Positions 1-11,288 are shown, counted from the stretch's first letter. The stretch: DNA of 64,000 bases from Rhodosorus marinus CCMP1338 (GCA_029953675.1 JAMWBK010000001.1:3162001-3226000), one strand, 5' to 3'. The notes: generated by a model from the letters alone, not told the origin. A program made the numbers and translations.

Positions 1-4
1 TAGA

Positions 5-2077
5 GTGGAGGAGCTATTGGATACCCTGAGCAGCGCTCGGGTTTTCACAACGTTAGACCTTTGCTCGGGATATTGGCAGTTGCCAATTGAACAAGCATCA
101 CGCGAGAAGACGGCCTTTGTCACGTGCTTCGGACAATACCAATGGAATGTCATGCCGTTTGGGTTGAAGAATGTGCCCTCGGCATTCATCCGCTACTTGA
201 CGGACGTATTATATGATCTTCTCAACCAGTGCGTGGTGTTATACGTTGACGACATTCTGGTATATTCCCCAGAGGACATACAACACCAGGACGATGTTCG
301 AAAGGTGCTACGACGCCTCGAGCAGCATCAGTTGATCGTCAAATACTCGAAGTGCGGTTTTGGATTACGCCAAGTTTGCTACCTAGGCCAAATCTTGGCG
401 GGAGGCACTCGACGTCCCGATCCGGAGAAGGTCAAAGCAATTCAGAATTGGAGGACGCCACCGACGGTTAAGGAGCTACGGGCCTTCATGGGTTTCGCGA
501 ACTTCTTGCGCCCCTTTGTACCACACTTCGCCCAAGTGGCGGCGCCCCTCCACAGGCTAACGAAGAAGGACCAGAAGTGCGGTTGGCACGCGGACGAACA
601 ACAAGCCTTTGATGGGTTAAAATCCGCCATATCAGCAACCACCATGCTGTACATGGTTGATCCGATCCTCCCCTTCACCGTGCAGACGGACGCGAGCGAC
701 ACCGGGGTGGGTGCTATCCTATTCCAGACCCGCCAGGATCAGGAGGTGCCCGTGGCGTATATGTCCCGATCCTTCAATAGTACCGAGAAACGCTACAGTA
801 CGTACGATAAAGAACTCTATGCCATCGTCCTGGCCATCCGCAGGTGGTCCGTGTATCTTGATGGGCACCACCAGTCTCTAACGGCAGGCCATTTCGGCGA
901 ACAAGCTACTAACCGTGTGGTGCGACGACGCTATTACTGGCCTACCATGAGGAAAGACATTTTCACGCGCGTACAACAATGCGAGATATGCGCCCGTGAA
1001 CAACCGCTTCGGCGCAACCAGGGCGAGCTGCAACCGCTCGCAATTCCGGAGAATCGCGCGGTCGACTGGACTATGGACTTCATCACAGGCTTTCCCAGTA
1101 TCGCGGGTAATGACGCTATACTAGTTGCGGTCGATCGACTCACGAAGTACGCCGAATTTATCCCGACGACGAAAATGGTAACCGCGGAAGGAGTGGCAAC
1201 ACTTATCCTGCAACATATCGTCGCCTGGTTCGGATTGCCACGGAGTTTTGTCACAGATCGCGATCCAGTCTTCACGGCAAATTTTTGGCGCCACCTAATG
1301 AGACTAACCAGACACTTCAAATCATGCTGAGATGCTGCTCTACAAATCGCACGTGGGTGCAGAGCCTCCCGCTACTTCAGCTGGCGTATAACAATCATCC
1401 CTCAGCCAGCACGGGGTATTCACCATATTTCCTGTTAACAGGGGGGCATCCGCGGCTCCACTTGGATGTCTCACTACCTACCACGCAAATTGAGAACCTC
1501 CCCGATGCCGCTACTGCGTTCTCCCAACGACAACAGCGAATTCTTGCAGATGCACGCAAATCACTGACCCTGGCACAAGAATTATCTGCGGCATCCGCTA
1601 ATACCCACCGTCATGCGAAGGTGTTCCACGTCGGCGATTACGTCTATTTGTCAACGAAGAATCTCTCACTGGAGGGCCCAACCCCGCTTCCAACCTCGAT
1701 GGTTGGGCCCGTTTCCCGTGATCGAGAAACACTCTAACGTGGCATACACTCTGCAGTTACCGGATGAGATGCGCATACATTCGACATTTCACGTATCCTT
1801 GCTAAAAGGTGCCCCTACGTGTCCTCCGAATTCTCCGATGCGGATTATCCCTCTCCAATCGGATCTCTATTCAACGCTACCGATCCTGTCGGTATTGGGG
1901 GTCCGCCATGCGGCTAATGGGATCCGACAGTTCCTATGTTATCGCGAAAAGGAATCCTGGACTGATGCGACTTGGATACCCGAGCCGGACTACCCGACCG
2001 ATCTACAATCTCGACGACGCTTACGACACTACCTCAATTATCGCAAGGCGCTTGACGCGCTACCTTCAACTTCTTGA
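5..2077 (+). pseudogene. pol: Gypsy pol (RT-RNaseH-IN-chromodomain) broken into three frames
   Basis: ORFs 5..1330, 1285..1737 and 1613..2077 are consecutive parts of one pol, with frame changes near 1300 and 1685. Conserved segments are missing near 870 and 1300. Confidence 0.92.
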
Positions 2078-2093
2078 GTTCGTCCCCAAACTC

Positions 2094-2104
2094 GGCGGGA
2101 GGAT
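2094..2104 (+). other. Polypurine tract of the retrotransposon
   Basis: GGCGGGAGGAT lies immediately 5' of the LTR start TGTTAGAAC. Confidence 0.8.
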
Positions 2105-2331
2105 TGTTAGAACCTTGCCCTGACAGCTGCGTAATCTGTGTAAGACACTCCCTACTTTAGTGCAAGATCCCTACTTTAGTGTAAGACGCTAGTGTGCTAG
2201 TATCCAACAGTTTCTACTTTACTGTCAGGTACGTCTTAGTTTACAGTAACCAAGACTATATGAGACCTAGCTTTGCTAGATCTTGAGACCTAGAATTAAG
2301 TAAAGACAAGTTGGTTAGAAGAGTTCTAACA
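2105..2331 (+). repeat. 3' LTR (227 bp)
   Basis: Starts TGTTAGAAC and ends GTTCTAACA, a perfect 9-bp terminal inverted repeat with TG...CA ends. It directly follows the PPT and contains internal direct repeats CCCTACTTTAGTG x2 and TGAGACCTAG x2. Confidence 0.93.
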
Positions 2332-2881
2332 ATTCCAATGAAGGGTTGACAACTGTCGAACTGAAGTAGCGCTAAGTGGCTCAAAAAGTAGCCTCACCAG
2401 CTACGTCTTGAGTATGTTTTCCGAAACAAATTAGATTGTGTACGCGAAATGAGGACAAAGTTGGAAAGACTGAGGGTGCGTAATGAGGTGCTGGTGAGGT
2501 CGAACATATGTTGTTGTCCAGAGTTTGTTTGGCTGGTAGGTTGGACTGCGGAATTGGGGCTAGAGGTCCTTTCGAAGGGGTTTTGATTTGGGATGCACTA
2601 CTGGATTGGTACTCCCGAGATTTTTGCGGAGGGGGACTCATCGGGGTGAACAAGATAGGGTCGCATCTGAGTAGTTGGGACAACTTTTGACAGCCATCAG
2701 AGGCGACAAAATGGAAGACCAGATTAGCACGCTTTGATTATCTGTTGGAAATTCTAGGGTACTGCCTCGGAAAGCGAGCGAGCTCAGAGAAAAAATCTAC
2801 GGAGGTCGAAGCAGTGGTTCGGGCAAGAGGGAGCTGGTCTGACCGTCGCATTGTGGATACTGTCATTTCCCGGTTACCAAG

Positions 2882-4222
2882 ATGGAAGAGGATTTAACCC
2901 GTGAGGATGCGGCTCGGTTCTGCGGATGTGGTAGAGGGAAAAAAAAAAAGAATTTTCCGACGGAAAATGGGGATAACAATCGGTCCCCATTCGCGTCTAC
3001 CATCAGTCGGCAAGTTGGGATCAGGGACAAGGAGGACATGCCACCGCGGTGGCAACAGAAGCTCTATCTGAAGACTCATATGTTTCGGAGAACTCTTGGG
3101 CCTTTCCTTTTGCTAAACATAGCGTTGTACGTGGCGTGCCTCGGCTTGTTTATTTATTTCACTGTAAACATTGTGAACGACTACCTGGATCAGCAGGAGA
3201 ACCCAAGAACGGTTCTTTCCACGACAAACGAGCCTTTCCAGGACTTTCCCGGAATCCTCATCTGCAACAACAGTCCCAGCGTTGAGCTGACCCTGATCGC
3301 AGCCTATGTGTTCCCGCAAGCGGCCCTGGCGGACCCCGAGTTGAATCTTGGGTTGAATGAATTTACCCTGACGAGCCGGATGGTACCTGTGCAGATCAAC
3401 TGCCCTGGGGTGGACGAAAAGCCGACCTACTGTTACAAACTTACGGATAGTATTCCGGCTTATGGATTTCAGTCGGGGGATTCGGTTTGTCAGGGCCAGA
3501 ATGAGCTCTACTTCTATTTTGACATCAACCCCGACTTATATGACTCACGAACAAGTGCTCTAGGGGTTTCTGCGGTGCTTCACAACTCCGAAGTGATTGA
3601 GGGACTGGATTTTTGCGAACTTAATATATGCACAACCACCAAGGGTGCGGCTCAGGTGGACCCTTGCAACGCTTCAAACGAGCTGCTTGACCCTGGGTTT
3701 GATGTATTGTATGCTTCTGTTAACGTTGAAACTTTGGTAACTTTGCAGAAGTCGGTAACGGAGGATTTACTATCTTGTAGCAAAAGTTTCCTTCGTTGGA
3801 ACCCAGTTACAGTAGTTGCAGTTCCGAACCCAAAGTTTACAGCTGAGGTCTTAGGCGACGAAACGGCTACTAGGCGCCTAGTACAGCTGCGTGTTCGTTT
3901 CAGATCACCCTTCATTCAGACAACTCGATTTGAGAGCCAAAGTTTTGCATCAATGATCGGTAGCATGGCGGGTTGGTTTGGATTCCTCAGCGATGGTTGG
4001 GGAGTTATCAGTCTTCTCTTCATACTCGAAAAGCTTTACGTGCAGCTGACGAAGCACAAATGGCGCCGATGGACAGACAGAATGAATCCTAAGGGACTGG
4101 ACAACTCAGCTGCTCTAGAGGCGGAATATATCAACTACTCAGCCGCACCGAGTCAAGCGGTCCGGGTTTCTAATGATGATCAGTCACACAATACCAGTCT
4201 GGATGAGATAGACGATGCTTGA
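2882..4222 (+). CDS. DEG/ENaC (amiloride-sensitive sodium channel)-like two-TM ion channel subunit
   Basis: Single 446-aa ORF. TM1 (FLLLNIALYVACLGLFIYFTVNIV) is followed by YLDQQENPRTVLSTTNEPFQDFPGILICN, matching the Y..YP..T.....FPAVTICN signature. A Cys-containing ectodomain leads to LRVRFRSPFIQ...SFASMIGSMAGWFGFLSDGWGVISLLFILE, which resembles DEG/ENaC pre-TM2/TM2. The start could instead be the downstream Met (MPPRWQ). Confidence 0.75.
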   Translation: MEEDLTREDAARFCGCGRGKKKKNFPTENGDNNRSPFASTISRQVGIRDKEDMPPRWQQKLYLKTHMFRRTLGPFLLLNIALYVACLGLFIYFTVNIVNDYLDQQENPRTVLSTTNEPFQDFPGILICNNSPSVELTLIAAYVFPQAALADPELNLGLNEFTLTSRMVPVQINCPGVDEKPTYCYKLTDSIPAYGFQSGDSVCQGQNELYFYFDINPDLYDSRTSALGVSAVLHNSEVIEGLDFCELNICTTTKGAAQVDPCNASNELLDPGFDVLYASVNVETLVTLQKSVTEDLLSCSKSFLRWNPVTVVAVPNPKFTAEVLGDETATRRLVQLRVRFRSPFIQTTRFESQSFASMIGSMAGWFGFLSDGWGVISLLFILEKLYVQLTKHKWRRWTDRMNPKGLDNSAALEAEYINYSAAPSQAVRVSNDDQSHNTSLDEIDDA

Positions 4223-5095
4223 CCTCCCGGCAAAGTCGCAGTCAATGATCTTGCAAGACATAGAGATCTTCATTTCGATCTGCCATGGAAGCAGGAGACT
4301 CTTCTTCGGAGTTTGGAGATGTGAGTGCCGAATCACTCGAGAATGCGAGAATCCTCATGGCGTTGATAGGTTGAGTACGTGTGCCCTGTTGGCCATGCTT
4401 CCGGAGCTGGTGTGTAAATTCAGCGTAGGCAGAAGTAGATGTCTGCATCCACAACATTTGAGGATCTTTAAAATCGAAGACGATTTTTTTTCCTTATCCG
4501 GGAAAGCAGGACCCACGGTGCTTAGGGCTTTGTCGCTCCAAGAGACGATCGCAAAAACTTCTGCCTCTCGCAGTTGAAGCACCTGCTCGATAGGCACATC
4601 CACTACAAACTGACTTCTGACTAACGTAAACTGAACCTTCACTAGGGGTCTCGACAGCCACAGTTCGTCAGGTCCAAACGCATATCCTCCCAAACGCCGT
4701 AGCCTCTCCAACATGGCCGCATACCCAGCAAGCGTTCAGTCAATATTGACAGCACTTACTTAGAGCCAATCAATATACCATTGTTCATGATACATTGAGA
4801 ATCAGCGTTTTCTCATTTTTTTCGGCAGGTGGGGTATGTTGCCCAGCTTCGGGGGGGGGTAGTTAGCGTCGATTTAGAGGTAAAAACCGACAGACGGGGC
4901 TGAATCCTCGAAACTGAAGTCGTTTTCTGCGTTTTTCACGAATCAGTCGCAGTTTCTGAACTAAGAGCCAAAGGGTGTGTGTGTATATGATATATGTAGT
5001 ATGTTATTACCTTGCTGGTTGTAGGGATGGTCATGCGTGTACGTGGCTTTATCGTTGAAAGGATGTAAGGGACAGGGCTGGTTGAGTTTGCGACT

Positions 5096-6355
5096 ATGGC
5101 AGGGAGACACATATCTGTTATCTCCCCGTATATTCAATGGGATTCTCTGCCATTGAATTGGCTGTTGTTCCGGTCGGAGAGGCAGGATGTCCCGACTCCT
5201 AAGTCGAGGGGGGTTTTGTTGTTTAACGTTACTTTTGAAATCCCGGAGATGACCGCTTTCGTACTAGCAAACAGCGATCAAAAAGCGAAGCGTCTGTCCA
5301 TATTCTCTCAACCTTGTTTACTGATGACCGAGCTCGTCGCTGAGGACTACGCGATAGGGTCCGGATATGCCTTCCTTGGGGGTCTGCCGGAACTGGAAGG
5401 AAGGGAAAACAGCGCGTTTGCAGGCTTTGGCAGGATTCGGTTCTTGACTTACTGCGAAGATGGCAGAGTCGTATCAATTGTAACTAGCGAGCTGGGGCCT
5501 GGAGTTATTGGCTTCTCGAGAGCCAGAGAGTTGGATGGAAGGCATAACGAGACCACTCTGGGGCTTCTTGATCCTGCAAGTGAGACAATAGATTACACGC
5601 GCACGACTACGGATGAGCGAATCTGTCAGTCCTGCTACGAAACTAAGGCCAGCTGCGCCCCAGAAACCTGCAGGAACGCGCAGATATATGACGAGAAGCG
5701 GAGCATGCGCTTGGCTATGGTCGCGCGATCGGAGCTCTCCGTTGCGACCTTGGAGTATACTCTATCGTGGATTGAAGGAATGTGGACGCTTCCGATGGGG
5801 CCCTTGGAGCCAATTATTTGCAAAGCCACGTGCTATTCGTCAGGAATATTGTTTGAGAACTCGCTGAAGGCTGTGCTACAGAATGAGGTCGCATCTGTTC
5901 ACCCTCCTAGGTCTTCGTTCAGGTTTGTGAAGCTAGCACTGGAGGAGATTGACCAGATCCTGAGTTTGGCGGACGAGGGGGGTCCGACAACAACATCATC
6001 GTTTGAGGGGAAGACCTCCAGCGTTACTGATAGTACCGGGTCTGTCGCAACGTCCTCGAAGAAGAATGCCATGTATGCTTGTCCGGATTGTGCAACATCT
6101 TTTCGGAGGAAGTATGACCTAAAAACGCATCGTGCCTCTGTGCACGAGAAGAGACGTAACTACAAATGCCCGCAGTGTCCAAAGACGTTTACTCAGAACG
6201 GTCACATGAACATGCACATAAGAGTGGAACACACTGGGGACAAACAGCACGCGTGTCCTTACTGCAAGAAGAACTTTCCCATCAAATCAAAGCTTGTTCG
6301 ACACGTTTTAGGGGTGCATGAAAATAATCAACTTTCCAAGGCAGCTGTGCAATAG
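5096..6355 (+). CDS. C2H2 zinc-finger protein (three C-terminal fingers)
   Basis: Fingers CPDC..F....L..H...H, CPQC..F....H...H and CPYC..F....L..H...H sit at the C-terminus of a 419-aa ORF. The start codon is uncertain. Confidence 0.88.
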   Translation: MAGRHISVISPYIQWDSLPLNWLLFRSERQDVPTPKSRGVLLFNVTFEIPEMTAFVLANSDQKAKRLSIFSQPCLLMTELVAEDYAIGSGYAFLGGLPELEGRENSAFAGFGRIRFLTYCEDGRVVSIVTSELGPGVIGFSRARELDGRHNETTLGLLDPASETIDYTRTTTDERICQSCYETKASCAPETCRNAQIYDEKRSMRLAMVARSELSVATLEYTLSWIEGMWTLPMGPLEPIICKATCYSSGILFENSLKAVLQNEVASVHPPRSSFRFVKLALEEIDQILSLADEGGPTTTSSFEGKTSSVTDSTGSVATSSKKNAMYACPDCATSFRRKYDLKTHRASVHEKRRNYKCPQCPKTFTQNGHMNMHIRVEHTGDKQHACPYCKKNFPIKSKLVRHVLGVHENNQLSKAAVQ

Positions 6356-8945
6356 GAGTTACAAGACGAAACGTAAATGGGAAAGCACATGTACGAGGTG
6401 GGGATGCACGACACGAATATTGATGACATGGCCAAGATTGAAGCAAAATCGCAAACAGCGCTGGAGCAGTGTTGACGAAGAGTAAACAAAGCACAAAAAA
6501 AATTGCCCCTGAGGTGATTAATGGCATACCCTATCGACCGACACGATCAAGCGGAAGATGGGAGAAAGCATCTTGAGTGCAGGGGATGAGCTTTTTTTTT
6601 TCCCTGGAAATGGGGACTGCTTGATGGTTTGCCATTGGCACTGCTCTGCGTTCGGTCGACGATGTCTACCTCCGTGACCGTCGTCAAATCAACAGCGCAG
6701 ATGCCGTGGGAACATCTGGTTGATGGCGATTTGGTATAGATGAGCAACCTACCTCTCTGGGTCCGTTGCCATACTTCTGGCCCAAGACAAAGTGACGACA
6801 AGACAGACTGAGACTGGCGAGAACGAAGCACTGCATTTTTCCCAAGAGCAGTGGATGAGCCAGAGAGGATATTATGGGTGACTCCAGAGCTCCGCTGTGA
6901 GTAAAGTCAGACTGGCAGTATCTATGAGATAACTGTATTTTCCGCTGAGCAGTTGCCCAGCGTAGTGCACCTCGAATCCAAGACCTCGCTTATCTTCACC
7001 AAGGCTGGAGTTATTCTTGGAAGGAAAGTTCAACAAACATGTCACCCTGCACACGGTAACACGAAGGTAGAGAATACCTGTGCGGATTGACTCAATGGAA
7101 CTGATGCGAAAGCTTGACGGGGTTTTGTCCGTTTCGTAACATCGCGAACTCGAATAATGAGGCCGGAACGCGGATACTTTCATCGAGGACTGGTGAGTTA
7201 CTGAAGACTTACGCATGACCTTGGAGGATCAGTGATTAAAGATCACAAGCCAAGACGGCATCAGTCACTCTTACTAGTGATGAAACCACGCGTCCCACGT
7301 TACAATAAACGGATGTGGCGGGGTCGAGAGGCGATTGCCTCTATTCCAGAAAAAGTTTTCCACATCCTCAAGAGACCTTAAGCTCCTTCCCATGACAGTT
7401 TCCGTACTAGTACTGCGTCCTTCAGCAAAGCTGCTTTTCTCGTAGGGAAGAGAAGCCCAAGCCAAGGTGCTTTGGGACGTTACTACGAGGCTCCCACATA
7501 GACTCACGAATATGCTCCGCAGGACGTTTAGCATGTTGTGAAAGCCGTGTGACGGACTGCATGAGCTCCTGCTTCGCATTATCGAGTAAGCGATGCGGAA
7601 GCCCTCCGCGCGGCTGAGTTGCCACTAACGTCTTAAAAAGCGCGTCGCCAAACATCAATGAGATTGAAGGCGTTTCTTCGGTGGATGCTCGGCCGTGGAG
7701 AGGTCGTGTCCTGGAGCCGAGATCTGGGCCACCAGCCTAGCTTTTCAAAGTGTAGAGGAGTTGGGGGTGGGTTGCGTCGGATTCATGTGGAAAGGCAATC
7801 ATGCTCGAACATTGAACTTTGGGCAGCTGATCCGGTTTTTTGGGTAGTTGCGAGTGCGTGGATGGGAAGAGCTCGCTTCTGCCGCGAGGTCTTCGTGATG
7901 TCGGATCGTTGAGCTCGCGGAAGTTGTGATTGTGTCGAGCGGAGTCATATCCGGCGTTTGGCTGAAAAAGCTTCGAGGACAATTGGTTGAGGTGAGATTT
8001 AAATATCCGATCCGCGAACATTGTTGATCACGAGATTCTTTTGCAGAAAACCCAAAAGTGCATTTTTGCCGTGGCCTGTCGATCCTAACGAATTTTCGTG
8101 AGATGTATCCCGGCTCGCCACCTTTCCTTCTTGCACGACAGCAAAACCAAGCACGAGGTTCATCAAGAAACGCCCACGACCGTCTTTGGACGCAATTTTG
8201 GACAGTTTCATACGACTTGAACCTCGACAAATTACATAGTTTTACACTATTTTCATGCTTGAATGTCAAGTTTAACAAACGTATGTTCTGATCCGCTGGT
8301 GTTTATCGCAAACTGCTCACTAACACTCGCTGTACATGCTTCCTCAGGTTGCCAGATCTTTCGTACTAGAATCGCGCAACGGATAGAACCAGGTAAAACC
8401 CAAGGAGGGATGTTTCAGAGCGCACTCCAACCCTTGGGCCAACTGTCCCAACACTTTCAAACGTGGATCGCGCGATAGGCCATGAATCGACCCCTTCATG
8501 TCCTTGTCAAGTTGACATGTGATAGCTGGGGACGACACTTTGGCAAATAAGGTCGCCCGCATACCAAGGTCGTGTTGTGGATCCAAAGGTTTTGCCGTTG
8601 GAAAGAGAAATTCGCCGGTCTGACCTGGCATGGATCTACATTAGTGTCCTGGAAATCCGTGGGCAGTGCCAAAGTTTCGGGTCCGGACTGGCTCTGCTGA
8701 AGTGTGTGTGACACTAGTTCAACCTAATCTACCCCGCTGAACCCCAATCTTGGAAAGTTTATTCCTCGAGAACAGAAGAGGCCGATTTTGCGTCAAGGCG
8801 TGCTCTCCTTCTATGAGGAACTTGTGAGTCGCGCTGCGGCACCAGAAAACGTCAACAAGTTGTTCTGTATTTTATTGGAGCGATCTCCGCTAAGGCTGCT
8901 TGCGAGCGGATGAAGGCCGTGAGTGCCTGGGCATCGGGTGGAAAC

Positions 8946-9638
8946 TTAATACCGGAAAATCCCGAAAAATTCTACGATACTCTTCGGATTTGGCAGGTTG
9001 TACGAGCCTGGCTTCAGCCTGTTGAACATTCCCATGAGCGTTTCGTGGAAGCTGGATTCTTCCAGAGCGTTTCTGGTCGTCGCAATGTTTCCCGTAGGCA
9101 TTCCATACCTTACAAATCCCATTGTCGCATCAACCCAATCTGCTTTTCTTACAGCATTGACGAGAGCCTCGTCTTCCCCATGCCACGGCGTAATTTTGTG
9201 ATGTTCCATAATGATGTTGTGGATAGTGGAGATCTGCTGCACTGAAAACTTGTCCTGCAGTGCTTCTTTGGCCCTTTCCGCGCTTTCCTCGATGTAGTAT
9301 AGCTCACCATCAGCCCAGAGACCGATATCGTGGTAGGCGAGCGCCGCTCCAAGTACAGGTAGGGCAATACTCACTTCACTCGCGTCAAACCCGCTTCCTT
9401 CCTTGAGGAAATGCACTGCATACGTCAACACTCGTAGACAGTGGTTTCGGTACCCATCGAAGTCGCCTCCAAGGCTCTCTTCAAACGATTTCAAGTGCTC
9501 ATCCAATTCGGATTGATCAGTTATCACTGAGAAGTTCTCACTCGGTGAACCCGGAAACAGCAGCGGCGCAATCACAGCTCCCAAGACGGCAAGCAAAATG
9601 CCAAGCAAATACGGGGTAGTTGTCCTGAAAACAGCCAT
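8946..9638 (-). CDS. HD-domain metal-dependent phosphohydrolase-like protein with N-terminal signal/anchor
   Basis: Intronless 230-aa ORF with a hydrophobic N-terminus (LLGILLAVLGAVIAPLLF) and motifs YRNHCLRV, AYHDIGLW, MEHHK and KADWVD. Confidence 0.8.
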   Translation of the reverse strand: MAVFRTTTPYLLGILLAVLGAVIAPLLFPGSPSENFSVITDQSELDEHLKSFEESLGGDFDGYRNHCLRVLTYAVHFLKEGSGFDASEVSIALPVLGAALAYHDIGLWADGELYYIEESAERAKEALQDKFSVQQISTIHNIIMEHHKITPWHGEDEALVNAVRKADWVDATMGFVRYGMPTGNIATTRNALEESSFHETLMGMFNRLKPGSYNLPNPKSIVEFFGIFRY

Positions 9639-11288
9639 TGTCTACCGAGAGCTTGGGTGAGCAGCGGACCGATATCATCAGATTCAATTTTCACTTATCA
9701 AATCCAGGCTCCCGAAGTCCACCTACCAGCATCCCCCCTTCCTCATCATTTAAGAACAGCCTACTTGGACGCTTCCTACGCTAAGAGAAACGCGTTCACT
9801 GACCGAGAGTTAACCATACGCTCTTGACCCAAAAGATATGATATGCGAGTTTCATGATTTGACAGGGTGGAGGCGAGGGGCTCCGCATGATTCACGTCAA
9901 CCTTCTGGTCAGAAAGACAGCGACCATGAAGCGACTGCCTAGTATTGACTACAGAACACAAGACACGTCGATCGTGTGAATGGAGCTTTAGCAACAAAGT
10001 AGGACTTCAACAGTCTCCGCGAGCTGTCAGCAACTGTTGCACAGCCAAGTTTTACGACGCTCGATTGTGGACGTAGAAAGACAAGGCGTACACATGGTTC
10101 TGTTGTTCGGTGAAGTAGCTGAACGGCGACTGGAAATGAGGTCTTCCTGCTCGTGGGGCGTGTCGCTGCCCTCAACATTTGTACATCCAAAAAACACTAA
10201 CCCAAAAGGTATCAAACCGTTCCCTCAAAATTCTATTTTGTATTCAAACCTTGTCAGGGCTAGTTTCTGTCCTTACAACTACAGTACTTAGTATATTTCT
10301 TCGTACAATAAGAAGAAATCTTCTTGCGACGCCGATTCTAGGAACCTCCTCAAATCATGTTCTCTACATCAGAGAGTTTCTCAAATCATGAACTTGAGAA
10401 AACTCTATCATGTGTTTACAAACAAACAGGGCGGTTAGTTATGGTTAAGGTTAGCTACTAGTTAGTTGGGCTCTGAATAAGCGGTTGAGAATTAAAATTA
10501 GCTCGACAGCATTGCATGAAAACGGACAGCAGTGCATGATTATGGAGATTGAAGAAGTTTATTAGCTGACTCAACGGTGGCGTGTTGGTAACAAGAGTGG
10601 AAACCTACGCTGAAGAGTGGAAGTCTACTCCTGTAAATAAACTAGCTTCTCTCGTGGGCAAGGAAAGTCGACCAATAGATAAGAAAGGAATGAAGACGTC
10701 CTTTCTCATTTTTTTATCTGTCCGGGATGATTAGGTTTCACATTGGAGATATTGGCATATTCCTGTTTTCCAGTCAGCGTACGCCGGTTTCCACCATTGA
10801 GAGACGGTTTCTTGGACGAGCAAAAATGGTCAATCTAGCTTTAACCTTTTTGCCGACTCCCTCTAGTCCGCCGCTACAGCTGCAGCCTTCCGGCTTCTAC
10901 CGGAAAGGAGTGTATCTCGCAGAAGCTTCGAAAGCGGTGATATGCGGGATGCAGTCCTGGGTAAAAGCTTGGTAGTTTTGTATAACCTCAACGGGTATGA
11001 GAATGTGCGAGTCCTCCGCATTCTGTCCAGATTGTCATGTTTGTTACATCAGTAGTTGAAATGGAGTTTCACATAGATTATCAGTCGTTTGATCCTGATG
11101 ACCCCGAAAGCCGGCCTGGCTGATTCTGGCTCTCAGAAGGATTTCCAATGACATGATGCAAAGCAGGTACATTCACTGAAGCTGACAGTGGTGATCTTCA
11201 ACACCTCGACATGTTGTCGATGTTTCCTGTTGTAAATCATATACTCTAACGGGCAGGCTGGGCAATGTTCAGGGCGAACCAGTACTCC

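Larger units (their letters stand above)
1..2331 (+). mobile_element. Ty3/Gypsy (chromovirus-like) LTR retrotransposon, 3' half, defective
   Basis: Domain order is RT (MPFGLKN, YVDD), RNase H (TDASDTGVGAIL, YDKELYAIV), integrase (H2C2 HFG...CEIC; core MDFITG...VDRLTK, VTDRDPVF), GPF/SH3 module (RWLGPFPVIEK...FHVSLLK) and a chromo-like tail (RQFLC...DATWIPE). PPT and LTR follow. The 5' part lies outside the window. Confidence 0.96.

Noticed and set aside
4355-4714. Minus-strand 119-aa ORF (MLERLRRLGG...) downstream of the channel gene
   Set aside because: It reads somewhat protein-like, but there is no recognisable motif and no consistent exon model. It needs RNA-seq.
6547-8714. Chain of short minus- and plus-strand ORFs that might be a fragmented gene
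   Set aside because: Frames do not join with convincing splice sites and there is no family motif.
10413-10593. TGTT...AACA-bounded, LTR-like AT-rich segment (possible solo LTR)
   Set aside because: Only a 4-bp terminal match, no target-site duplication, and no similarity to the LTR at 2105.
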